Below the pieces are notes generated by a model. It had not been told where the DNA came from, ran no database searches, and saw only the letters and a list, made by a program, of their open reading frames with translations. Shown in pieces: positions 52,672-64,000 of a DNA stretch of 64,000 nucleotides (positions are counted from its first letter, which is position 1; every line of letters begins with the position of its first letter). Source of the stretch: Fimbriosthenelais zetlandica (lineage: Eukaryota); NCBI GenBank assembly GCA_977030845.1, contig OZ365110.1, forward strand, positions 20,584,001-20,648,000, in the 5' to 3' direction. Both the position numbers and the translations under genes were made by a program.

Positions 52672-55600
52672 GTGAGTCCTAGATGGATGCGGCTACGTCA
52701 GAACATTTCATCTTTGAATCTGTTGAAGCCAGCCTGAAGCGACTCCTTCCTGGTATGGAGAGCATATAGGCCTACTGGTACAATATCCATAATAATTTTA
52801 ACTTCAAGGCCGAGTGTCTCCGTTTGTGTGATGCTGAAGATGTGCATATCTCACTAGAATTTGCATGTTCGAGTCGAATCCTATACATGTACTATAATGT
52901 GTCTTCTTCCATTCCTATTCGATCCCGATGTTTTATCGCTCTCTTTGCAGTGGTCTTCTACCCAATTTCTCACATTTAATATACATGGGAAAACTTTTCC
53001 TCCTATACTTTCATAAAGTACTAATAAAAGAGGATAACATGAATATTATTAATGTACGGAATATCTGGTATTTGGGCTAGCCATTGGGAAAGGGCTGCCC
53101 TTTAGGCTCATCAAGTTGTAATGATGTTGGGCCTCCATATTTCCATATACATTATCCAGAGGAGGGATATCAGCCAAAAATCATTATTCCAATTCCAAGA
53201 ACAAACCGTTCCATTTCAACTCCGACCCTTCGGCCCCTGTCAGCAGATGGAGCACTTCACTAGTGGCAAGCTGAGAGCATGTCTGTCGTGCCCTCTGGAG
53301 GCCTCGCTACGAAACAGTGCATGGTGCACTGCCTGAAAGGAGGAGATTACCGTATAGTCCCAAGCAAAGGCTTCGATTCAAATAAAAAACAAAAGTTTCT
53401 TTCGAAGACCTGGCTGATTGGTCTGTATTATCAAATTTTAACTTTGTTTTGATAGGAGGAATTCCATCTTTGGACAGCACAATGTTTTAAATAAACGGGG
53501 AATTAATAAGTGCACCCGTGCGTAAATGTATCAATATGGTACACAGGAGGGCAGTACCAATAGTACCAGAGGCGTGTAGCGAGAGTTCAATATTTGAAAC
53601 GTCAATATTGGTTAGTCTGGCAATGTCGGGTCGACTATGATTAGTCGGCCATTAAGGGGGTAAGCTTATCGTTGTTTGCCAGAAGCGTTTGGTCATCACA
53701 GAGGCTGGGATGAACCCAACTAAACCCTCCATCAACAGGAGCCAAACCAGGGCTGCACAGATCCAGCTGGATCTTTGCAGTTCCTAGGAACTGGTCCCAG
53801 ACAAAAAATCTCGAAAATCCTTTAGTTTCAAGTTAATTCAAATTAATCAATCACGTAGAAATGGCCTTTACTTAAGAAAACCATTTTTTCTGAAGACTAC
53901 TAACAGAGGGAAAGAAACATTCCCTAGGGTTCCATTGCCCATTCCCACCGATTGAACCTTGTATACCTCCCTCATTCTCCATTACCATCTCTTTCTTTCC
54001 AATTGTAGATGGGAAAGGTTTTCAGGTCCATCCCCCATGTATCCACCCATACAATTACCCATGCCCTGCAGGATATACCCATGGTCAGACACACAATAAA
54101 TCGATGTAACATATTAAGCTGGTTGTTCAGACCACAGTGTACTTCATATGAACTACATGTAGGTCTAAATGGACAAGTGTGTCAGTCAGTGGGTCTAGTA
54201 CCCCGAGCATCTACTGTATTAAGCCATCATAGATTACGTAAGGTGTTGAGATGTAGAACAGGAAGCAGCAGGATGTTACTATTAGTAGGCTAATCGATTC
54301 AATATGTGGCATAAGTCAAACGTGTGCAGAGAAAATACCCTTTCTTAATTATTATTAAAAGTTACATTATATTGATTTTCATACTGGCAATAATGTTTTA
54401 ATATTGAAGTAGACGGGGTTGGTACTAGAGCGTCCAGTATCAAAACGACCAATTATGTTTTAATAAAAGTACTTTGCACGCTTGGTTGGTGCTGCTCTTT
54501 CACTGAAATAACAAGGATTTATTGTTCACAAATTGATACTTATCAAGTATGCCCCAAGACCTTTAATGATATTTAACTAGCGGGGTTGTTCTTGTCTCTA
54601 ACCATTCTACTAGCCATATTTAGCTGGTTCCTGTTAACAGTATGTGTGGACATATAGAATGGTTATCCCTTACAGCATTTTAGCGGTAATCTGAAGCCCT
54701 CCTCACACAAACTTGACCCAGTAAAAGCCGCTGGTGTACCGAGTAAAAGGCACCTTTTGTCGTCTGCTATTTACATCTCAGCCGCCTCCAGTTTACCTGG
54801 CATTCTTCGGCCTTGAGCCTTTTCTATTTGAATCTATTAACGGTTGGGTAGTCAACCGAAACGCGGACGGGCCAAATCGGGAGGGGTTTATACTCGACCT
54901 ATGAGGGAGATGTTTGTAGTTGTGGCTTTAGGCTTTAAAGATGTGGCAGTCAGTGATGATGACGGTCTCTCCAGACACGAGTTGTATTCTAACGAGTGAC
55001 GCCATTTTCTCTCTCGGGTCCCCTTCACGCATGCGTCATGCATTCAGTGAGCGATGCTTCTCCGCCTCCTTTCTGACACTGATAGCCAAACCGAGGTTTC
55101 GTTCGTTCGTTTAGCTCCTGTGGTGTGCTGGTGTGGACTGGTATGGAGTGTCCGCCATTCGCTGCATCACTACCACATCGGGAGGAACCTAACTCACATC
55201 CCTCCTGTCTTTCCTTCCCTCTTTCCCAGCAACACAACTCGCACCGGCGGCCCTATTTAGCCATCATTTTCAGTCCTCTTATCATCAGGACATCGTGTCG
55301 TCACCTCCTCTTAAAGGGACCTACATGGATCCAAAAAAGAAGCAGGATTTCATTGCTAGTTTGCCAGTGATGGTGTCAGTGTTCTGTTCTCAATGAAGGA
55401 CACGTGTGGGGAGTGCCACTCCCAGTGGCATATGGAGGGAGAGAGATGAAGAGGAGTGGACACAGGGACAGCAGTAACAGCATTGACCCGTCTCCCCAGC
55501 ATTTTACAAGCGTCCACTGGCTTCAACGACCATGTAAGACCTCTTCAGCTTTTCCCACTTTTCACCCTTTACCTTTAGACCCAGAACTGCACAAGATAAT

Positions 55601-58193
55601 CCACCCAGCACTACTTTCACATTTATTAAAGCTGTCTGACCTTTAACCGGTTGACAGTGAAAGAAATATCCTGTTACACGATCCTATCATATCTAGTGAT
55701 GGGAGCCATTTCCGGATTTCAAAGCCACGTGGCTTTCCCCACCCACTTTCTCCTATTCTGTCCACTTTCTCTTGCATTTCTAAATTTAGTCTCTTACCCA
55801 GCACAGTCATTTTGATTGTTTAATGTTTTTTCTACTCTTCCCTAAGTTGAGCTTAAGGGATTGTCTGTGGTCGTGACTATGGTAACACACAGTACGCCCT
55901 GACTGTCTACACCCACCTGTCACATCCTATAGAAATAGGCCACGGTCGTTCACAAGGATAGGTCTACTTTATAGCACGCCACTAGTACACCACACACATA
56001 GAATAGGTTGTAGCCTATATGTAGTACATCTCCCACATACCTATGTTATGTCTTTGCATGCAGTCCCACCCATTTGAACAAAAAGGTCATATTTAATAGT
56101 ATTATATCCAGCATTGAAACATGTCCATATATATACAATGTCGTAAAAGATCAAGTCTTTAAAGCTGTATTGTTATATGTGAATTAGAAACATTGTAATG
56201 TTTACATACTAAACTTCATCATAAAGGCATTAAAACCTATATTAAAGTGTGAGTAGACGTGGAACAGGTCAGTATCATATTAAGAGTATTTTTGCTTTAA
56301 GTACTTTCAACGTATTATGTAGGTTTGCCCGCCCGTGGCGTGTTAATGCACCATTCTTTACTCAAGCCCTCATTTTCTATGCATAATACTCTTAAAGTAT
56401 AGTATTCACCATTTCGACCTCTGACATGCATTACAGCTGAATGGAGTGCATTGACCCTGTAAAAACAGAAGGGCTGTTGCACCTAATCTTGGAAGAGTAT
56501 CTATGACACATGGATAATGAAGAAAATCCAGGTGTGCACTCATTGCTCTTTTCATTGTCTTCACAATGTCTTATAACAGGGTGAGTTTGATGCCAGGTAC
56601 CACAGATATCACCCCCTGCCCCCTCCATACCCTCCTCCGCCACCTGTGAATAGATCTAATACCCACAGTGATGAAAACACCTGTTGGGTCAGCAATACCC
56701 TTTCATTCCAAAACCATGTCCCGAGCCAAGCAGGCGCCACATTTCTTTGGGAGGGTCTCTAGACCTGGCCAATGATGGAAAGGACATGAAAGCAAAATAG
56801 TTGGTAGGTGGGGGACAAGATGAAGGTGTATGGGGGTCATTAGTTATTTTAAGGTTTACATAGCTGTGACACCTGTTTAGGGACAGACGCCCCTGTCAGT
56901 GTGGAGGTATGGTATGAGGGATTAAGACAACTCCACATGGGCTGACCCATCTGTCAGATAATGTCAAGATTAGCTGTTACACCTTTGGTTTGACACAAAA
57001 GCTTGTGGCCAATGGGCCTCGGGCCTACATCCTTATCACTCATTTTGCAGTCGTATTCATGGTAATGGGGCCTATAATCCAGGCCCTGATTGTATTATCT
57101 CCATGCTGATAATGCAGATATCGGCAGGTCAATACAAAGGTCATCAATTAGCCTAGTTTTATATATATCATTTGTCTACATTATAGATATTTTACTACCA
57201 CTAAATGATTATGACAAATGTGAATGGACAGGTGAATCTTTATCAACAGAAAGAGTGTTATTACAGTTCCTATGCAAATATTACGTCAATGGCATTAGAT
57301 TAAACCATTTTTGCTGACTTCACTACGTGTATAATACTTCGGCATGAGAAATTCATTTGAGTTTCATTATTTCTACCAATATTGTTGCTATCCCAAGTCT
57401 ACGTGTCATTTTTGGCTTGGTATGATAGTATTGTCTATCATTATCCATCCAATGATCTTTCTGTCCCTGTGGATATCACTGTGGTATATGATGGAACATC
57501 CAGTTTGGTCGCAAATAGTACAGGGGACCGGCATCTGTTTGTGCCAGAGCTCAGGGTGGGCCGAGTAAAAGTGTAGGTGGTGGTGCGGGTGGGGGTGGTG
57601 GTAGCTGGTGGCCACTGGGGGGTTCTGGACCTCTCCCCTACCAACCATTGGCCGGGCGGTAAAACGCCACTGACCTCTGCAAATGGGGCCACCGTATATA
57701 GATAATGAGTCTAGGAAAATCCCAACTGTCAGTCATTCAGCTGGCGATGGGGAATTAAATCCCCTGTTGTTGGATCCATGCACTTTGCTATACGTCTATT
57801 TTTGTGGGTGTATACTGGTAGGAAATGCCATTGACATAAAAAGCCCCTGATGCCAGAAATACAATACGAGAACAATATTGATCATTTCTGGATCAATCAT
57901 CCGGCCGATTATTATACATAAGCCTACATGCATTTACAATTATGAATTCAAAGCTTTAGCACTTTGCCATAACAAGTGAAATTTAGTCTTGAAATGGTCA
58001 TGTAATTAAATGACTTTCCAGAGGTGCTTTCTATGAGGGTAACTAATTTCTTTGTGATCCCCTTGTCTGAACGTAGGAATTCAGCGATAGTGTTGTGGGG
58101 ACGATAGATGAGGATATTTTATGTGTATAGTCTGTGGCACTAACTGACTTACTGAGCTAAAATTATTGCTTGCTTCTTGACATTGCCACATAG

Positions 58194-58232
58194 CACGGTT
58201 GACAAGGTGCTTTTCAAAGTGGGTGCAAAGAG
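58194..58232 (+). other. Candidate 39-nt small exon
   Basis: TTGCTTGCTTCTTGACATTGCCACATAG| 39 nt |GTAAGT with donor GAG|GTAAGT; length 3n, two frames open. Confidence 0.2.
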
Positions 58233-59825
58233 GTAAGTCAGAAGACAATGTGTGATATATCCCCTCGTCCCAAACAAGGACTTGTAAGACGAATGACCCC
58301 CAAAGAGAGGAAGCTTCTGAGGAGTGTCTGCTTATAATACCTCCCGAGAGAAGGCAGTTAATTCCAGCCTGATGGCCGGAGAGAAATAAGCTTATGACCT
58401 TTTCACTCGACCTTCCTGTTCATTTACCATGTTGAGGGAGCACACGTCCAACTGGACAGTTCCGGCCAGTGGCAGGGAGTGGGGAATTCATCACAGGCTC
58501 TATGCAGAGCTTTGTGTGTGTGAGTGAGGCATGGCTATAGGCTGTTGGCAATCCCTCACCGGAGAAGGGACGGAAGGCCTCCCCCAGCCCCTGACCCTGT
58601 CAGCTTGCAGGTGTGGAGCTCACTGAGGGCCCACAACTGCTCGGTTGCCTGTTCCCAAGTGACAGACCAACATGATTGAGTTTCTGTCAATCTCAGGCCT
58701 GCATGCATTGATCCAGTCCCTTAACCCCCTCCCTCTGTTCCCTCCTCCTCCCTCCCACATCCCTCAGCCCATCCAATGATTTGTTGTCCTCAGACTAACC
58801 TCCCCCTTCTGGTTCCAACCCCCTCCCTTCCCCCTTAAGGGAGCAGAGTGTCATAAGGGTCGATTGCGCCCCATTGACCTTGTCCCTTTGAGTGACATAG
58901 CCAATGCTCTATAAAATCCCATCCCGCTTAGAGTAATAAAAGCCTGTTGGTCCCATCGTATCAATAAGATCACACCGTCCTCTTTTCAGAATAGCCCCAC
59001 CCGCTCAATCGACTCGAGCGCTGAAGATTCAAGAGGGACAGGGATGAAAGTGAAAGGGCAATGTTGAGCATGTCTCGACCTAATCTAGAAATGAAAGCAG
59101 CACCCCTCAAGTCATTCACCTTGATGGATGTTGTCTCTTTATCATATTCTTGCTGCTCGTGACCTAAGCTGCTTCTATTCTTCTCAAACCTCCTGTGGTA
59201 TTTTAAATAGGTCAGTCTTGTGTGGCAATATCATATATAAGGACAACAGATAAGTTCCCGATATTGTAGATGAGAATAATTGCAGCCAACCACAAGGCAG
59301 ATGGTCTTATGTACAAGGTCAGCTCTCCCTTGTGCTGCATGCAATATAATTATTTATGTACATGTACATTATTTTTTCTGTCACACTAGGCATAGAAATA
59401 ATACGTATCCATGATTTCCTTGGCTGTTTAGCCATCTGGTTTTCATCTTCCACCTGGTATACTATCATGAAACATATGCATATTGTATCAATGATTAACC
59501 TACATACGTCATGGTGCTTTTCATGAGTCTTTAATGCATTCTGATGAAACAAAATATTCATCAAATGTAATTTATGTAGGTATTTATTTCTGTCTATGTG
59601 ATATATACCCCCATATGGTCATCGCCATCACCAAGAGGAGGCCAGCATCAGTGTGCTATAGAAACAATAACCCAAGAAGCATGAGAGGCCAGCCTGGCTA
59701 AATCAAACAGCTAATTTCATTACGCCTGGCCAATTTCGGCACGTCTCCGCATAATTCACTTTGCACCGACTGGTCGGTGCAGTTGACAAGGTCGTTCGGA
59801 CGTCTCCGGGGAAATTCTTGTGGAG

Positions 59826-59837
59826 CCACCAGGTGGC
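59826..59837. promoter_or_regulatory. CTCF core motif
   Basis: CCACCAGGTGGC, quasi-palindromic (GCCACCAGGTGGC). Confidence 0.5.
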
Positions 59838-60921
59838 CGAGAGAAAGATGCGGATAGAATGAAGACATATTCCAATGGCACAGAGGTGATTTCTGGCCGG
59901 AGGAGGATTTATTCACCAGAAAAGGCATTGTATTGCTTCCTTAGTTGGAGGGGCCTTGTTACGTGACAGAAAATTGGATTATGAAGAACAAAAAGGAGCA
60001 AAAAAATAGTACAACACAAGTTGGGTTTTTTTTCTTAAAAGTCACTCAGGAAGTTAATGGAAATTAGTTTTTTGTTAAAAAGGTACAAATAAAGGAGCCT
60101 TTTATTATAGATAACATGCTAATCGATTGTGAAACGCGCCCCAGGCCCAGAGCAATACGTTACTGCTCCTTGTCATCGCCTCTTGTTACTATTAAAGGCT
60201 TGCCTTTACTCGCGTGACAACTATCATGACAGCTTGTTTTACATTAAAGGCGATTGTGTAAATTACACGAATTTTGATCTCAGCAGGGCCTCTCTGTGTG
60301 GGCCCAAAAAACAATACCCATAATTAGGAGGTGTCTGTGACCAAGATGGGGGTCCTCTGTGGGGGGTTAGACAATCCCATGGCAAGCAGTATCTCTTTTT
60401 GTTTTAACTATTTCCATCGGTTGTCATTATTGTACAAGAAAGGACCGACATGTCAATCATGGTTAAAATCTGCATCAATTGGTCGGTTGGAAAAAGTAGC
60501 CCCCTTCCATCAAGCAAATGCCACTCATATAAATTTATGATGGGCTAAGATATTCATTAGTCAAGCCAGTCAAATGAAGGATACAATATTTTTGCATATT
60601 AAATGGACATATTTTACATGGCTTCAATGACTAATCATTGTAATAATCATGTCATGAATTGATAGACATATCAACATTTGGGGTAACTTTGGCTTTGGGG
60701 AAACAATTCATTGCGGGTACATGGATCTGGCTTCAATTAGCCAAACCTATACAATACCCATGGACTGTGCGCCTCTCTTTTTCCCCTAGGAAGCCATGGC
60801 ACAGATCTCTTCATCTCCCATATTGTATTTCCAACACTATTGATCGCCTTCTCGCCGTTTAACTTTCACCCGCCCATAAACTGTCATGGACCTTTAGTGG
60901 GAGTGAGTTGCTGATTGCCTC

Positions 60922-61200
60922 TGACGCCGCCATTTTCTCTCGTCATTTACTAGCTTTATCAAACGTGAAAGAAGCGCCACGCTGTTTCTGGGCCTTGTCA
61001 CTTCCACCACCGTCAGCCCGTGACGTTGTCGTCACGAAAAACAAAGGAGGCCCGGGTCTGAATACCAAATTGACAGACAAGCTAATGCTTCGTAGCCTGG
61101 CGTCCTCTGCCATCGACTGGCTAAGGCAGAGGGATAAATTCCCATTGCCGTGGCAACGGAAACGCTGTAGAACGAGTGCGCAGGAGTCCCGCTAGAGGGC
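60922..61200. promoter_or_regulatory. Promoter-like island: YY1, X-box, NRF1 half site and CTCF
   Basis: GCCGCCATTTT (~60926), ATTGCCGTGGCAAC (61144-61157), TGCGCAGG (~61177), CCGCTAGAGGGC (61189-61200). CpG-rich. Confidence 0.5.
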
Positions 61201-64000
61201 AACCTTGGCGTTGACTGGTTCCCGGCTTGTTGGACCGGCTCCAGGGCGCAGTGGCTTTTGTTTGAGGGAAGCTGGCAATAATCAAAAGAAGAAGCTTTTC
61301 ATCTAACATCAAAATGCCATTTGTGTGTTATGTCATACATATGTTAGCCGGCGCTTTTGATTCATGAATACAGTAGTATTTGTAGGTCTATTATCCTCCT
61401 GTTGTCTTATTGCATTTCATATCTGATGTCTGCCTTTCCTGATTTTATGTTTTCTTGTGGCTTATATCTAAGGAGGTGACTGTTATTAGAATGGCTGATT
61501 GACTGTTGTTGTACAATAAGGAAGGTTCATTGTCATGTCAGACCTTCCTTTCAGCTTTATCAGATGCATATATGGGCGTATTATGTATTATGTGGTAATA
61601 CAGTGGGGTTTGTATGGGCAGTGTCAATCGCACAGATATTTGACACCTTGTATTGAAATAGTCTTATCCTTCAATACAATGACTCCTTTTAATTAAGATG
61701 ACAGTCAAAATGAACGCCTCAGGGGTAAGCTTGCTCTGTGTGCAATGCCCAGGAATAACAACAGGTACTTTTGGACGAATTAATGTATATCCATGCATTG
61801 TATTTGCTATATTAACAGGCCCGACATCCGACTCCTAACCATATATCTCTAATAACATGTATACCCCATAAAAGAACCACATGAATGCAGAATTAATGAA
61901 TGCTCTAAACCCAGAATCCTATTTTTTAATGCTTGTAAATGGACACTTTACCAAGTGTGTGGCTGGGTTAGGTCTATATATGCAATGGTGAAGAATGGGC
62001 TGGTGAACTTGATCTGGTTTCAGTATAAACCCAATGACCTCCACAGTGCTTTCACTGATTGTCACTGGGCGAGAGTTATTATGTCGGGTCTGTTTGATCA
62101 GTGATAGACATCTTAGAGAGCTGTCAGACAATGTGTCATATCTACAGGCATTATGTTAGAACACATCATGCTCCCGACTTGATCGACTGCGTACCATTGT
62201 AATGAATTATTGTATGTGATAAGGGGCATGTAAGCAAAGAATGACACTCTCAGCAATATACGCCCGCATGACAGGCGCTGCATTGGGATTGCACTGTTTT
62301 CATGCACTTATGCATAGTCTGATACATATTTTACCTTGTTTCCATGAGGTATATTATCCATGGGTATATCACAAATGCTCCCATATATAATTATATTCAC
62401 ATGGATGCAATAAAATGCACACGATGGCAAATAATTAATATCTTTCTCTCTGATATCGCCCCGTCGGATGAATATAAATAATAATATTCATTATGTATAG
62501 GGCTAGTTTGGACCTATTCCCTCCATTTATCATTGACTTTCCCTGCATTTTCTTTTGGTTATGTATTGTCATAATTCTGAGGGCATTTGTTAACATATTT
62601 CCATTTTAGAAAAGTCCAATTGCCTGAAGATGAAGGTAGCCCCTAACTAGATCACAACTGGTTGATCATGGAAAGGTGGCCTAGTTTGTCTGGGGACTGG
62701 TAGAGGGCGGCAGTGTAGCGGTAGTGGTGGCGCCACTGTGCCGGCGCTACTGTGGTGGCGCTAGTAGGAGGTGCTTGCAAGCAGACGCTTCATTGTCATT
62801 CCCCTCACAGTCAGCCTTTGAAGGCTTCAGTCCTGCAAACAGGTCGTGGCGCAGTGTCCTTTTAGTTTAGCATGCGCTTCTTCTCAACACCGCTCCTTTC
62901 ACTGCCCCATCTTTATACTTCAAGGTAGGATACTTCTTCATATTCATTGAATATCACCAAACTAATCAGCACTCTCTTGCTCCCGGGTTTCCCTTTTCTG
63001 GGTGGGGACGATTCCCGGCTGCTTACTGCTGGTCTTGGCTCATTGTTCGCAGTGGCTTGCTTCTGTTCCCTTCCTTGATTTTAAGGTCAACCTTGGATTT
63101 TACCTCTTTATTTGATCCCCAAGCTCCTGGTCCATCTCTCATATCATCGGTTTATCATGGAGGCCGAGGATAGGGTGATTTAAGGGCTGGTTTTGGGATG
63201 AAAATCGGTATTACTGTGGTTGGGAAATGGTCACGATTGTGCATCACTGCTGGGTGCTGTAAGAGAGGTGTGCATGGTGGCTGGGTGGAGAGAGACAGCT
63301 GCCCCTGTGTGAGTATATACAGGTTGGAGAGATGCTATTGTTTGTGAGCGCGACTCGCGATTGTTATCTCAAGTCCTTCAATTGACTTTTATGCCTCGTA
63401 TCTATTAAGGGCAGGTGTTGGACATTCAAAGACTCGGCCTTGAGTGGCTGCCGTTTTTACACCCCAACCTTTAGTTAACCTCAGTTCGACCTGAACATTT
63501 AAATGATAGACATCTCGATCTCATGGCCTTTCAATTGATTTGTTGGTGATAACGATTTGATTTCGGTTTGATTTGCCATGATTTCGCTGACCTTTATTTA
63601 ATTTTATGGACTTCTGCTTGACCCCAATAAAGGGTCAGCTTTTTTCGTAGAAAATACTCGTGGTATAGTTTTTCACAATCAAGTTTGAGATATATAGATT
63701 TCTCGCCGGGGAAAATCATTTTTGTTCACATGTTCCTAGTATACCACCATTGGATATATTTTATCTCTATATTATGGCGCACGGCCGTGTATATATCTCT
63801 CGGCAAATGACAAGAAAGTTGCTTGTGCTCCCTTCACCGGAAACAAGGAAGATTATTTTTGCCCCCAACTCGAGTTTCGCCCATTATTTGTAAACCGCTG
63901 AGCCAGGCATTGTTTGACGGTCAGAAACTCTCGGCTCAAGCACCACCAAGCTGTCGGGGTTGGCTAGAAAGGGAGGTGGAGGTAGAGGGGGGCGGGAGAG

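Noticed and set aside
430-62307. Most 60-150 aa ORFs in the supplied track outside the ABCG exons
   Set aside because: They overlap on both strands, often use non-ATG starts, and show no domain resemblance; consistent with random ORFs in non-coding DNA.
62711-62761. GC-rich imperfect hairpin and GTGGTGGCGC direct repeat
   Set aside because: Stems are short (5-6 bp) and explained by local low-complexity GGT/GGC content.

Overview
Eukaryotic (animal) genomic DNA, roughly 40% GC by eye. Only one gene can be reconstructed with confidence: an intact, compact ABCG-type half transporter on the minus strand. It has 14 coding exons at 9208-13388, probably a 15th in-frame exon at 13652-13698, and GT-AG introns of 88-363 nt. 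Its Walker A, Q-loop, signature, Walker B/D-loop and H-loop are all intact, and it has an unusual 45-aa tail ending in -TRL. The other ~59 kb contain no recognisable CDS (longest ORF 163 aa, no homology I recognise), no intact transposon, and no tRNA, rRNA or CRISPR. That stretch looks like a gene desert or a very large intron. It carries many CpG-containing patches with RFX, ETS, YY1, NRF1, CTCF and NF-kB motifs, a few isolated candidate exons and microexons, one minisatellite, several hairpins, and possibly a decayed DIRS/Ngaro RT fragment. An invertebrate origin, possibly deuterostome or echinoderm-like, is only a weak inference from the ABCG type and frequent TAGGCCTA-like words. I found no clearly new system; the best leads are the promoter-island/RFX architecture and the features of the ABCG protein.
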